64,000 nt of DNA, taken from positions 37,202,001-37,266,000 of the forward strand of contig NC_045696.1 of assembly GCF_009834535.1 (NCBI RefSeq), given 5' to 3'. The first letter of the stretch is position 1, and each line of letters begins with the position of its first letter. A program made the translations under genes and the position numbers. Positions 42,201-56,260 of the stretch are shown here, piece after piece. The stretch is from Camelus ferus. Taxonomy: Eukaryota. The notes beneath the pieces are model-generated. The model saw only the letters and a program-made list of their open reading frames with translations, had not been told where the DNA came from and made no database searches.

Positions 42201-43819
42201 ATATGAATGTATGCTTATTAGATATGTAGATATATGTTGATATATGTTGTTATTTATCATCTGACATCAAGAATTTAAAACTAAGATCCTAATTATTTAA
42301 TACATTTTTCTGATTCTCACTTAAAAAAATTCATATATATGCTAAGAAAACAAGAAAATTACTGAATGACATTAAATATAATATTCTAAACTCTTAATGA
42401 CCAATAAAGGGTCAACTAAATCTACACAAAGTAAGTATTTCTTATTCTCTTTGCTTTTCCCCCACCTCTTCCCCTACATCCCCTTTGTCCATATTTCTTA
42501 CAGTTTTTCTTTGTCCTCATCTTTTCTCTTCCTCTCATTCACCCTCCTCCATGGCTACTTTTTTCTTCCCCACATTTTCCCTCCTTGCCTGCTATCATTA
42601 TCGTGATCATCATCTTCATAACAATTTACCTATAAGACCTCACATAATTAAACAGCATGCTACGCCATTCAGGGATCATTTCACATATTAATTATGTCTT
42701 ATTTCTTGTGGTTATTGATTTTGATTCCATAACAGAAGACCTCATAAGCTTCTGGTGTATATTTCTAGTTATGGTCCCCGGAGTAGAGATGGTAAATTTG
42801 TTGTTAGTATTGATTTAAGACATATCTCTGCTGGTTCTAATTTCCTCTGGGAGAGGTATTTTAATTTCTTTTTCCTTGTTCAGTTAATTATCATATTAAT
42901 AGAAAATAATTAAACACCTGTAGAACATTTACTAGTGAAAAATATGACTGTGATAGACAAAGATTTCAAAGAAAATATACAAAATGCAGATATTTATGCT
43001 TTTTAATCTCCCAAATCTCTGCATATACTCTATATTGATAGTCTGCTTTATAATTGGTTGAATTAAAAACAATCAAAAATACTTTCAATCCAAAATAAAA
43101 TTAAGCAACTGTGTAAAACTTGAAAGCATTCTTGGTATTATCTTCTCATTTTATGAATATCAGTGCCTATAATTTGTCTAGAGAAACTTTATTGATTCTG
43201 TAACCTAAAAATCATGCAAAACATGTTAAATTTTTTCAAGTAGCAAATAACATGAATATCTACTTCCTTGACAAATTTCTACCAGATGCTTTTAGTCATC
43301 TTATTTTTAAGCACATTTTACTACTATTCAACAACAACAAAAAAGAATCAAGAAGTATTTAATAAATGCCTGCCATACACAAGACACTCTGTTCCCTGTC
43401 CTTCAATAAAGCCAGCATCTAAAGTGTATCTCGATATACACATTTTTCCATAGAGACACATTGTGAAGAGAAAAATATTTAAAACAAATAAACCTAGAAA
43501 ATACTTACTTCGCTTGCGTCAGCAGTTGAATGATCAAGCCCTTCTCTGTCACTTCAGATCTTGTAAACAGAATTGGCTTCAGATATTCTCTGGTAATGTG
43601 AATATTTGCCTTTCCCACCCCACCTCTCCATGTATTATGTAGAGGTAACCCTATGTGACAAGTGATAATGTAGGTTCCTATAAAGAAAAGACATCAGGCA
43701 TTATGAGAGTTGTGACAGTCTGGAGGCACTTCTGCCAATACAACTTCATTTTATTTTATACCTTCTCTAATTGGAATTTTCTTACTTTTAACTAGGGGGC
43801 TCAATAATAGCACCAAAGA

Positions 43820-44275
43820 ATGTCTTCTTTTACTTAGAATATGAATGAATATCCAAGGATGAACATTTTTGTGTAAATAATTTATCAAGCTTTCTAGAAA
43901 AAAATCAGAAAGAGGGTAAGGAAATTGGGGCAAAGCTCAATAACAGGTGAAGTCCTTTGTAAGGCAACTTTAGTTCCATCCTGCAGGCTATCTCTGAAAA
44001 CAGTGTGAGTATGTACCAATACAGAGTGTCTCTGACAAGAGAGAGAGGAAAGGGAGCATTTATATTTCTATTCCCACACATCAGTCAAACACTGACTTAC
44101 TAAAGGGGATGCTGGCTTTTTCTGGTAGATCAGGTAAAACATAATCTGGCAGCCTTAAAGGCAAGACCTTTGATAAGAAGATGCAGTTGTGACTATTAGG
44201 AGTGAAAGCTCACCAGTAGCTCTTGTACATTGAAATAGTGGGGAAAAAAAAATCAGAAGAGATATGCTTGGACCA
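43820..44275 (-). mobile_element. Old MaLR/ERVL-type LTR remnant
   Basis: Overall resemblance to antisense old MLT1-type LTRs. Minus strand has TATAAA at ~44059-44064 and GATAAA at ~43881-43886, where a poly(A) signal would be expected. Confidence 0.45.
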
Positions 44276-47200
44276 GAGTGAGATTCAATTTTTGTAAAAG
44301 AAGCAGTAAAATTTCAAGTTTTAAATTCTATGAAGTTTGTTTTTGTCAAAAAACAAATGTCAATTGTAAAAGTATATTAAATTAGAATAAATTTCCCCCC
44401 TTTAAAATGTATATTTTTATAAATTTGGCCAATTATATATGGTCATTAGTCCATTAATCATGATGAACATTTCCAACCAACTGAAGTGTGTCCCGGGTCT
44501 CTTTTGCAGTCCATCTCCTCTGGCCTCTATCTTCCACCAGTGGGAACCACTGATCTCCCATGGCTTTTCCATTTCTGTAGTTTCATATAAATGCTATCAT
44601 AATGTTTACTCTTTTGTGTTTGACTTCTTAAACATAGCATGCTCTTGAAATTCATCCATGTTTTTGATGTTTAAATATGTTGGGGTTTTTTTTTTCTGAG
44701 TAATATTCTGTGATACTGGGATATAATTTGTTTACTTATAACAAGTTGATGATGGCTGTATCATTGTGCATTTCAATCAGAAATCTCTGAGACTTCCAAT
44801 TGCTCCACATCCTTGCCAACACTGGGTTACTGTCAGGCATTTTGATTTTTACCAAGTCTAGTAATTATGTAGTGTTATCTCATTATAGTCTTAATTTGCG
44901 TTTTCTGGGTGATTAACATAGAGCACATTTTCATCTGCCTGTTGGCCATCCATCAGACTTCTTTTGTGAATGGTCTATTCCAAATTGCTTGCCCTTATTG
45001 GGGAGGAAATGTTATTTTTTTTTCTATTAAAATATTTAATTGTTCATCATTATCTAAAAAGACTATCTTTTCTTCATTGAACTAACTTGGCACCATAGAG
45101 AATAAATTCACCCTTTAAGTTTGTGTTGATTTCTTCATGCTCTATCCTCTTTTATTGACCTATGTATCTATCATTATCACTATGCACACTGTCTATGGGG
45201 AATGTTTCATTTTCAAAGGTTTCTGCTGTTTTTGAGTGTTTGTAAAAGACAATTCTGTTGAAAAGTTGTTCAGATATTCTGTATGCTTACTGATTTTTTG
45301 AATTCTTTTTCTGACAATTATTGATAATTGGAATGTTAGAATCTCCAATAATAACTGTCTATTTCCAGTTTAGCTTTGTCAGTTTTTACTTACTTATCTT
45401 AGAGCTCTATTAGGCTTTTTAGGATTGTTATGCCTTCTTGATGATTTTACTATTTCCTAGGAAATATATATCTCAGTCTGTTTTAATTGTCCTTATTATT
45501 ACCCCATGTCTTTTATCTGACAATAATGTAATCAATAATATATACAACAATAATAATAATAACATAAACCTGGTAACCTTCTATCACTACTTGCTGGTTA
45601 ATTATTTCTTATATTTTAACTGTATCATTATCTGATTTTATATTTAAGATTCAAGTATTATAAACAGCACATAGGTCACCCTTGTTTTTGAATCCAAATG
45701 GAAAATTTCTGCATCTTATAGAAATACATGGTCCATTTAATTTTAAAATAATTATTGATATTATTATATTTATACCATTTTTTGTATGTGTCTCATTTGT
45801 CATTTCTTATTTATTTCCATTTCTACTTCCTTTAGTATTAAATTTATTTTTATTTTTTATTGAAGTATAGTTGATGTATACTATTAGTTTTTCATCTCCA
45901 ACATCATAGTTCAGTATTTTTATAGGTTATACTCTAAAGTTGTTAGAAATTAATGGTAACATTTCCCTATGCTATACAATATATCCTGTTTCTTACTTTA
46001 TATATAGTATTTTGTATCTTTTCATCCCCTACCTTTCCCCCATTCCCTCTCCCTAATGATAATCAATAGTTTGTTCTCTATATCTGTGAGTCTGCTTCTG
46101 TTTTGTTATATTCATTTGTTTGTTTTATTTTTAGATTCCACATATAAGTGATAGCATATAGTATTTGTCTTTGTCTGAAATATTTCACTAAGCATGATAC
46201 ACTCTAGGTCCATCTATGTTGTGGCAAATGGCAAATTTCAATCATTTTATGGCGGAGTAATATTCCATTGTATATGTAAACCACTTCTAAATCCATTTAT
46301 CAGCTGATGGACACTTAGGTTGCTTCCATATATTGGGTATTGTAAATCATGCTTCTATGAACATTGAGGTGTATGAATCTTTTCAAATAAGTATTTTGTA
46401 TTTTCTGGACATTTACCCAGGGACTGGAATTGCTGAATCATATGATAGTTCTATTTTTAGTTTTTTGAGAAATTTCCATACTGTTTTCCATAGTCATTAC
46501 ACCAATTAACTTTCCCAGCAATGGAGTACTAGGGTTCTCTTTTCTCTGCATTTGCCAAAAAAATTTTTTTTTCTTGAAGACTATGTAATTATAGCCATTG
46601 TGACAGGTATGAGGTGATATCTCATTGTGGTTCTGATTTGCTTTTCTCTAATGATTATGGATGTTGAGCATCTCTTCACATGCCTTTTGGGATATCTTTG
46701 GAAAAATGACTATTCAAGTCTTCTGCCCATTTTTTAATTGAGTTTCTTGGTTTTTTGTTATAGAGTTGTGTGAGCTGTTTATATATTTTGAATATTAACC
46801 CCTTTTCAGTCATATAATTTGCAAATATTTTCTCTCATTCAGCACATTTTCATTTTGATGATCATTTCAAAATGATGATTTCTTTTCCTATGAAAAGGTT
46901 TTTAAGTTTACTTAGATCGCATTTGATTATTTTTGCTTTTATTTTACCTTAGGAGATAGATACAAGAAAATATTGCTATGACTTATGTCAGAGTGTTCTG
47001 TCTTTGTTTTCTGCTAGGGGTTTTATGTACTGAAAATGTAAGTTTCCAGTCTTGCACTTAGGTCTCTAATCCATGTTGAGTTTATTTTTGTACAGTGTGT
47101 GAGAAAATTTTCTAATTTCATTTTGCTAGATGTAGCTGTCCAGTCTGTCCAGCACCACTTACTGAAGAGACAGTATTCTCCATTGTATGTACTTACATCC

Positions 47201-47573
47201 TTTGTTGTAGTTTAATTGACCATAGCTGTGTAGGTTTGTTTCTGGGCTCTCTATTCCATTGATGCATATGTCTCTTTTTGTACCAGGATAATGCTATTTT
47301 GATTACTGTAGATGTGTAGTATACCCTGAATTCAGGGAACATGAAAACAATAGCTTTGCTTTTTTGTCTCAAGATTACTTTGGCAATTCAGAGTCTTTTG
47401 AGGTTCCATATAAATTTTAGGATTATTTCTTCCAGTTCTGTGAAAAAAGCCCATGGCAATTTTGATAGGGATTGCATTCAATCTGTAGATTGTGTTGGGT
47501 AATATGGATATTTTAACTATTTAGTTTTCCAATCCTAGACTATGGGGTATCTTCCCATTTCTTTGTTATCATC

Positions 47574-47930
47574 TTTTTTTTTAAACATTTTTTATTGAGC
47601 TATAGTCATTTTACAATATTGTGTCAAATTGCAGTGTAGAGCACAATTTTTCAGTTATACGTGAACATACATACATTCATTGTCACATTCTCTTTCGCTG
47701 TGAGCCACCACAAGATCCTGTATATATTTCCCTGTGCTACACAGTACAATCTTGTTTATCTATTCTACATTTTGAAATCCCAGTCTGTCCCTTCCCACTC
47801 CCCGTCCCCCTGGCAACCACAAGATTGTATTCTATGTCTGAGTCTGTCTCTGTTTTGTATTTATGTTGTTTTTGTTTTTGTTTTTGTTTTTAGATTCCAC
47901 ATATGAGCGATCTCATATGGTATTTTTCTC
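47574..47930 (-). mobile_element. Young L1 3' end nested in ORF2 of the 45851-49877 L1
   Basis: Host ORF2 ..TTTGTTATCATCT resumes as TTTAATTTCCTTCATCAG. The insert has poly-T plus an L1 3'UTR that retains CpGs. Confidence 0.92.
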
Positions 47931-48942
47931 TTTAATTTCCTTCATCAGTTTTATATAGTTTTCAGAGTACAGGTCTTTTACCTCCTTGTTTAAGGTTAAT
48001 CCTAAGTATTTTATTCTTTTTGATGCAATTTTAAATGGGATTTTTTTTTTTTTTTGCTTTCTCTTTCTGTTTATTAGAGAAACAGATTTCTGTAGCCTGC
48101 AACTTTACTGGTTAATTTATTAGTTCTAATAGTATTTTGGTGGAGATGTTAGAATTATATACATATCTTTTATCATGTCATCTGCAAATAGTGACAGTTT
48201 GACTTTGTCCCTTCCAATTTGGATGACTTTTTCTTTTTTTGCTGCTTAGTGTGGCTAAGACTTCCATTAGTACGTTAATAGAAGTGGTGAGAGTGGGCAT
48301 CCTTGTCTTGTCCCTGATTTTAGAGTAAAGGCGGTCAGCTTTTTACCATTGAGAATTATGTTGACTGTGATTTTGTTATAAATGGCCTTTATTAAAGATA
48401 TGTTCCCTCTTTACCAACTTTGATGAGATTTCTTATCATGAATGGATGTTGAATTTTGTCAAACGCTTTTTCTGTGTCTTGTGAGATGATCATGGAGTTT
48501 TTAGCCTATTTTTTGTTAATATGGTGTATCACATTAATTGATTTGTTGATATTGTACCATCCTTGCATCCATGGAATAATTCCCACTTGATCATGATGTA
48601 TGATCCTTTTGGTATATTTTTGAATTTGGTTGGCTAACATTTTGTTGAGAATTTTTGTATCTATATTCATCAGACTTATTGGCCTGTAATTTGCTTTTTT
48701 TTTTTTTTTTTTTTTTAAGTGTCTTTGGTTTTGGTATCAGGGTAATTGTGGCCTCATAGAATGGATTTAGGAGTGTCCCCTTCTCTTTAATTTTTTGGAG
48801 TAGTTTGAAGATAGGTATTAGTTCTTTATATGTTTGGTAGAACTTCCCTGTGAAGCCACCCAGTTTTGAATTTTTGTTTGCCAGAAGTTTTTTCACTACA
48901 AATTCAATTTCACTCCTAGTGATCATCCTATTCATATTGTCA

Positions 48943-49365
48943 TGGCAGCCTTGGCCCTGGGCCAGATTGCTTCTTATGTGCTACCTTCGTAAGTGCCAGT
49001 AATGGCTGCCTCATCTCACCCAGATACCACTCTAGGTCTGAGCCACCTTTGTCCCTCAAAACTAAACTCTCCCCTCGGCAGCTCTCTCCCTAGTGTGGAG
49101 CTGCAGTGCGGAGCAGGAAGGGCTAGTTGAGGCATTCAGCATGGGCTGTGGTAGCCTTGGCTACAGTTAGAGCCTGGAAAATCTTCTGAGTGTGCTGCCA
49201 GTAATGGCTGTCCCCACCCTGCTCACATACTGTTCTGGGTCTGGATCATTTTCATCCCTCCCAGCTTAGCTCTCCCCTTGACCACAGCAGCCCTTGCCCC
49301 AATGTGGAGCTATGTCAAGAAGCAAGCGGGTCTAGCTCAGGCACTCAGTTCAGGTTGGGGCATGA
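48943..49365 (-). repeat. Two ~202-bp diverged tandem monomers in an L1 5'UTR
   Basis: TGCCAGTAATGGCTG at 48994 and 49196; AGCCTTGGC, CTCTCCCCT and TGTGGAGCT recur with a similar period. Confidence 0.85.
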
Positions 49366-52300
49366 ACTAGGGCAGTAGCAGGAAATTGGTCATAGTCCCG
49401 TGCAGTTTCAAGCTGCCCTCTTTGCCCTGGTTGGCAGTAAACAGGCATGTGCACCCTCCTCACAGGTGAAGTCCAGACTTCTCACAGCCTCCATGTTAGT
49501 TCCTAACTAACCAAGGAGATTTGTCTTTCCAGTGTTAGACCCCAGGCTGGGACACCCAATATATGGCTTGAATCACTCACTTCCCAGAAAGGATCTCTGC
49601 CCCTGTAATCACCTCCCATTCTGAGTCCCCTCCCAGGGGCTCACGTCTCAACCTGATAGCTTCTCTTCCCTTTCTACTCAATTCCACGTGGAACTTTCTT
49701 ACAGCCTTGATTTTACAAGAGTCTTTCTGACAAGAGTAAAATCTGACTCTTGATTTTACAAGAGTCTTCAGTTTGTTTTCAGTGAGAGTTGCTCCATATG
49801 TAAGCACATTTTTGATGTCTTCATGAGGGAAGGTGAGTTTTGTGTCCTACTACTCCACCATATTGATAGCTCCTCTCTAGTTGAATTTATTTTAAATATT
49901 CTATTTAATCTCTTATTAGTTTTACCACTTTGTTTAGGTACTAGGTCTAGGAATTACTGTCTACATCAGATTAATGTTACATTCCTCATATGTAATATAA
50001 AAATTTCCAAGTTTATACATCCATTTTCCCCTCTCTTCTTTATAGACTAGCATATGTTTTATTTCTACATATATGAAAGCCCATACTCAATATATTGCTA
50101 TTATTTTTGCTTCAAGAGGTCAGTAAGTCATGTTCATTTTTTTCTATATCCAAATTTGTTTATGGTATTCCCATCTGCATTTTAAAACCTCCTTCAATGT
50201 GTTTTGTATTCCAGGTGTCTTGTTAAAAATTTTTATCAGTTATTTTTTTCTCTACAAAGACCTTTATATTCCTTTAATTTCTGAAGAACATTTTACTGAA
50301 TGAGGAAACCTACCTAACAGTCCTCTCTCACTTCCTTTGACTCATAACATTGTCTTCTGGCTTGCATTGCTTCTGTTAGGAAGTCAGTGATATTCCTTAT
50401 TTTTGTTTCTAGTTTTATAATGTGTTCTTTTTTCCTTGACTGTTTTTAATATTTTCTATTATTAATATTTGTCCATAATTTGACTATAATCTTCCTATAC
50501 ATTTTTACTCTCTTTTCTTATTCTGATTGGAGTTTGTTGAGCTACTGAATACACTAGGTTTATGGATTTTTGTCCATTATTTTAATATTTTTTCTGTCCT
50601 AATATTCTTCCCTATTCACCTGGGAATGTAATTTCAAATATGATAGAGTTCTTGATGCTGCCTAAATACAGTGATGTATTATTTTTTTAAGCCTTTATTC
50701 CTATTTTATTTGGGCAATTTTTGCTTCCAGGGATTTTAAGATTGGTTTTTATTTCTGTCAATTGTCTTAAGAAGGTAATCTTTTCAAAACATTTTTCTGT
50801 TTGTGAGACTTACTTGAATATATTTTCAGACCAATAATTTATAATTGAATCTTATTTTAAACATTTTCTTTTCTTTTTGTATTGAAATTACTCATTTGCC
50901 TTTAAATCCTTAAACATTGTTATAAAAGGTATTTTAAAATCTGTGTCAGCAAAATCCATCATGCTCATTCATCTGAGTCTGTGGCTGTTGACCGGCTCTT
51001 CTGTTATATTGAAATTCAGTAATTTGCTGTTTTGTAGGACATCGCACATTGTTAGAGTATTAATGTTTGCACTGTATTGTCTTATAAAAGGGAGATGTTT
51101 TATTTGGGTAGGCAGTTAATTAACTTGCAGGTGAGCTTAACTGTTTTGAGCTTCTTTTTATATTTTGCTGAAATAGATCTAGTGTTAATTTTACTTTCAG
51201 GGCTATATAAGCCTTCTTTTTTTACCCTATAGCTTTTCTTTTCCAATTTTATCAAGAAATAATTAACATATATCACTGTATAATGTTAAGGCATACAGCA
51301 TGTTGGTTTGATTTACATGTATTTGAAATGATTACAAGGGTTCATCTAACATTCATAATGTCAGATAGATAAAAGAAAGAAAGAAAAATGAATTTTTATC
51401 CTTGTGATAAAAAACTTTTATTATTAACTGTCTTAACAGTTTCCCTAAATATCATACAGTAGTGTTAACTATAGTCATCATGTTGTATATTACATCCCTC
51501 GTACTTGTTTCTCTTATAACTGGAAGTTTGTACATTTTTAACAACTTCAGCCGGTTCCCCCTCCTCACAACCTCCACTTCTGGTAACCACAAGTCTTCTC
51601 TCCTTTTTTTACAAGGTTTTTAAAATTTTTGATTCCATGTATAAATGAAATCACACAGCATTTATCTTTCCCCACCTCATTTACTTAGTATAATGCCTTG
51701 AAGTTCCATTATTGTCACAAAATGTAATATCTCCTCAATTATTAAGACTGAATTACATTGTGTATAAATACCACAACTTCTCTATACATTCATCAATCAG
51801 TGGGCACTTAGGTTGTGTCCATGTATTGGCTTTTATAAATAATGCTACTATGAACATGGGGTGCATGTATCTTTTCAAGTTAGTTTTTTCATTTCATTTG
51901 GTTATATTACCAAGTGGAATTGCTGGATCATATGGTAGCGTATTTTTAAGTTTTTGACTATTCTCCATACTGTTTTCAATTATTGTTGTAGCAGTGGATA
52001 TTTCCCTTTTCTCTACATCCATGCTGGCATTTGTTATCCTTTTATGACAGCTATTCTAACAGGAGTTTTAATTATCCTTTCCCAAATGAATAGTGATATT
52101 GAGCATCTTTTCATGTACCTGTTGGCCTTTTGTATATCTTCTTTGGAAAAATGTCTGTTCAGGTCCTTTCCCCATTTAAAAAATTGGGTTATTTATTTAT
52201 TTTGCTATTGGGTTGTATGAGTTCTTTGTATATTTTGGATATACATTTTGCAGTTATTTTTGTCGTATTCTGTAGGTTTTCTGTTCACTTTGTTGATGAT

Positions 52301-55300
52301 TTCTTTTGCTGTGCAGAAGCTTTCCAGTTTGATTAAGTCCTACTTGATTATCATTGACTTCCTACTTGTACTTTAGATGTCATGTCCAAAAAATCATTAC
52401 CAAGACCCATGTCAAGGAGCTTTATTCCTATGTATCCTTCTAGGAAATTCATGGCTTTGAGTCTTACATTTAAGTGTTTAAATTATTTCATGTTAATATT
52501 TGTGAGTGGTGAAAGATAGGAGTCCAGTAATCATTTTTTCATATGTGAATATCCAATAATCCTAACACCATTCACTGAAGAGCCATTGAGTATTGTTGGC
52601 TATAGTGTTAAATATTAGTTGACTGTAGTTGCTTGGGTTTATTTCTGGAATAAAATATTTTGATGGTTTTGATGACTATAGATTTACAGTATAGCTTTAT
52701 ATCAGAAAGTATAATTCTGCTTTGTTCTCTTCTTTCTCAAGGCTTCTTTGGATATTCAGGGTCTTTTCTGGTCCAATATGAATTTTAGAAATGTTTTTCC
52801 TACTACTACTATAAAAAATGCCATTGGAATTTTGATAGAGATTGCATTGAGTCTATGGATGGCTATTGCCAGTATTGACATTTTACCAATATTACTTTGT
52901 CTAATCCATCAACGTGAGGTACCTTATCATCATTTACTTGAGTCTTTGATTTATTTCATCAATGTCTTATAATTTTCATTGCACAGATCTTTCACATCCA
53001 TGGTTAAATTTATGTCTAGTATTTTACTGTTTTTGATGTTACTGCAGATGGGATCATTTTCCTTATTTCTTTTCAGAAAACTCATTGTTAATGTGTAGAA
53101 ACACTATTGATTTTTTTATGTTAATTTTGGATGCTGCAGCTTTACTGATTTCATTGATTAGATCTAACAGTTTTGGGGCTGAGTCTTTAGAATTTTCTAT
53201 ATAAAATTATGTCACTTGCAAATAAAGACAATTTTACTCTTCCTTTCTAATTCTGATTCCTTTTGTTTCTTTTTCTTGCCTGATTGCTCTAGATAGCACT
53301 TCCCATTGTATGTTGAATAGAAGTAGTGAGAGAGTGGGCACCCTTGTCTTGTTCCTGATCATGGAGGAAAAGCTTTCAGCATTTCACCCCTGAGTATGAT
53401 GTCATTTGTGGGCTTGTCATATATATCCTTTATTATGCTGATATATGTCCCATCTATGCCTAATTTTTAAGAATTTTTTTTTATCAAGAATGGATACCAA
53501 TGAATTTTGATAGAATTTTATCAGTGAATTTTGTCAAATGCTTTTTCTGTATCTATTGAGATGATCATATGATTCTTTCTATTAAAGTGATGTAACACAT
53601 TGATTTACATATGCTGAACCACCCTTGCATCCAAATGATAAGTCCCACTTGATCATAGTGAATGATCCTTTTAATGTGTTGCTGAATTCAGTTTGGTAGT
53701 ATTTTATTGAGAATTTTTGCATCTATACTCAGCAGGGATATATGCCCATAGTTTTTGTATCTAGCAGTGTCCTTTTCTGTTTTGGGATAGGAGTAATGTG
53801 GGCTTAGAAAAATGAGTCTGGGAGCACTCCTCTCATCTTTTACTTTTGGGAAGAGTTTGACAAAAATTAGTGTTGATTCTTCTTTGATGTTTGGTAAAAT
53901 TCATCAGTGAAGCCATCTATGGTCCTGGGCTTCATTTGGAAATTTTCAATTACTGATTTAATATCCTTTCTAGTAATTGGTCTATTCAGATTTTATGTTT
54001 CTTCTGGACTCAGTCCAGATAAGTTCTATGTTTCTAAGAATTATTCCATTTTCTATGTAGTCCACTTTGTTAGCATAAGTTGTTCATAGGACCTCTTATG
54101 ATTCTTTGAATTTTTGTGGTATCAGTTGCAATGTCTCCTTTTTCATTTACAATATTGTTTATTTGGATCCTTTTTCCTCGATTACCCTAGTTAAGGGTTT
54201 ATTGATTTTGTTTATCTTTTCACAGAAGCGATTTTTAGTTTAATTTTTTTTCTATTGCTTTTCTGTTATTTCATCTATTTCTGCTCTAATCTTTATTATT
54301 TCCTCCCTTCTGCTAATTTTTGACTTAGTTTGTTCTTTTTCTAGTTCCTTAAGGCATAGAGTTAGGCTGCTTATTTGGGATCTTCTTTGTTTATTAGTTT
54401 AGGCATTTATTGCCGTGAACTTCCTTATTAGAACTGCTTTTGCTTTATCCCACAAATTCTCATGTATTGTATTTCCTTTTTTATTTATTACAAAATTTTT
54501 TCTTTCCCCTTTAATTTTTTCTTTTATCCATTGATTTTCAGAAGAATGTTGTTTAATATCTATGTGTTTTCTAGTTTTTCTGACATTATTGATTTCTAGC
54601 TTCATGTCATTGTGGTCAGAAAAGATACTTCATATGATTTCAATGTTCTTGAATTTACTAATAATTGTTTTGTGGCTTAACGCATGGTCCATGGTAGAAA
54701 ATGTTCCATGTGAGCTTAAGAAAAAATGTGTTTCTGTTGTTGTTATATAGAACATTCTGTTTATGTGTGTCATTCTGACCTACAGTGTTGTTCAAATACA
54801 CTGTTTCCTTATTGATGCTCTGTCTGGATTATCAATCCATTGTTGAGAATGTTATTAAAGTCCCCAACTATTACTGTATTACTGTCTATTTTTCCTAAAG
54901 CTCTGTTAGTTTTTACTTTCTACATTTAAGTGCTCTGATGTTGGGTACATAAATATTTATAAATTGTTATATGACTTTTTGATGGGTTGACCCCCTTACT
55001 TTTTTGTCTTTTTTACCAGTATTAAAGTCTATTTTGTCTGCTCTAAGTATAACTACTCCTGCTTTCTTTTTGGTAGCAAATTGCTTGAAATGACATATTC
55101 ATTTCTTTACTCTCAGTCTATGTGTGTGTATGTGTGTTGTTATTAAGGCTAAAGTGAGTCTCTTGTAGGCAGCATAGCTTTGGATCTAGGTTTTTTGTTT
55201 TTCTCTTAAATCCATTCAGCCATTTTATGTCTTTTAATTGAAGAATTTAATCCAGTTATGTTTAAAGTAGTTAATTATAGGCAAGGGCTTACTAGTAACA

Positions 55301-56116
55301 TTTTTGTTAATAGTTTTCTGGTTGTTTTATAGATCAGTGTTTATTTTTCCCTGTCCTGCTATACTTTTTGTGTGTTTTGTTGTCTTTTGGGGTCAGTGTG
55401 CTTTGACTTTTTTATCATGTTCTTTTGTATAACTGCTGTAGGTTTTTCACTTGACATTACCATGAAGCTTAAACAAAATATCTTAAAATTATAGCACCCT
55501 ATTTTAAGCTGACAACTTAATTTCAATAGAATTCTTAAACTTTAGGCTTTTACTTCTCCTCCTCACAATTTAGGTCATTGCCATTAAAATTTACATATTT
55601 TTATATTGTGTAATAAGATTATTGCAATTATGACTATTTTACTGTACTTTTTAAAACTTTTAATCTAGAGTTAGTTGTAAAGTGAATTCTGCACCACCAT
55701 CACCAAATTACATAATCCAAATTTGACTATATATCTACCATTATTATTGAATTTTACACTGCCTTTTTAATTTTTGTAATATTAATTAGCATCCTACTAC
55801 TTCCTGTGAAATACCTTCTTTAGTATATCTTGTAAAGCAGGTCTAGTGGTAATCATCTCCTTCAACATTTGTTAGTTCAGAAAAGTCTTTATTCCTCCTC
55901 TGTTTCTGAGAGACATCTTTGCTATGTATAATACTTATGTTTGTTATTTTTTCTTTCAATATTTTGAATACGTGTTCCCATTCTTTCTTGACCTGGTATG
56001 TTTCTGTTGAGAAATCTGCCCATAGTCTCATGGTACTCTCATGTATGTAACTTTTCTTTTCCCTTGCTGCTTTTAAAAATCTTCCTTTGTCTGTGTCTTT
56101 TGACAGTTTAATTAAG

Positions 56117-56260
56117 CAGTCATCCCATGGGGAAATTTGTTTAAGGACCCCCTGAAGATACCAAAATTTGCAGATACTCAAGTCCCATATATGAAATGGC
56201 ATAGTAAAATCAGTCTTTCATTTTCTTGGATGTGGAACCTGGAGATATGGAGGCCAAATT
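56117..56260 (+). mobile_element. MER2/MER8-like Tigger MITE inserted in L1 ORF1
   Basis: CAGTCATCCC..AGGACCCCCTGAAGATACCAAAATTTGCAGATACTCAAGTCCCATATATGAAATGGCATAGTA; L1 ORF1 resumes after ~56260. Confidence 0.8.

Larger units (their letters stand above)
45851..49877 (-). mobile_element. LINE-1 retaining its 5' end and 5'UTR but lacking ORF1 and the N-terminal part of ORF2
   Basis: 5' end GAGAGGAGCTATCAATATGGTGG (decayed YY1-like site). GC-rich 5'UTR 48941-49877 abuts ORF2 [56 protein letters not shown] (45838-45850) / TTGAATTTATTTT (49881-49893). Confidence 0.9.

Noticed and set aside
48941..49877. GC-rich stretch as a gene promoter or CpG island
   Set aside because: CpG-depleted and explained as an L1 5'UTR; likewise 56870-58233.
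55843..56202. Chimeric 119-aa ORF (MITE-derived N-terminus + L1 ORF1 segment)
   Set aside because: Chance in-frame fusion within decayed repeats; no sign of domestication.
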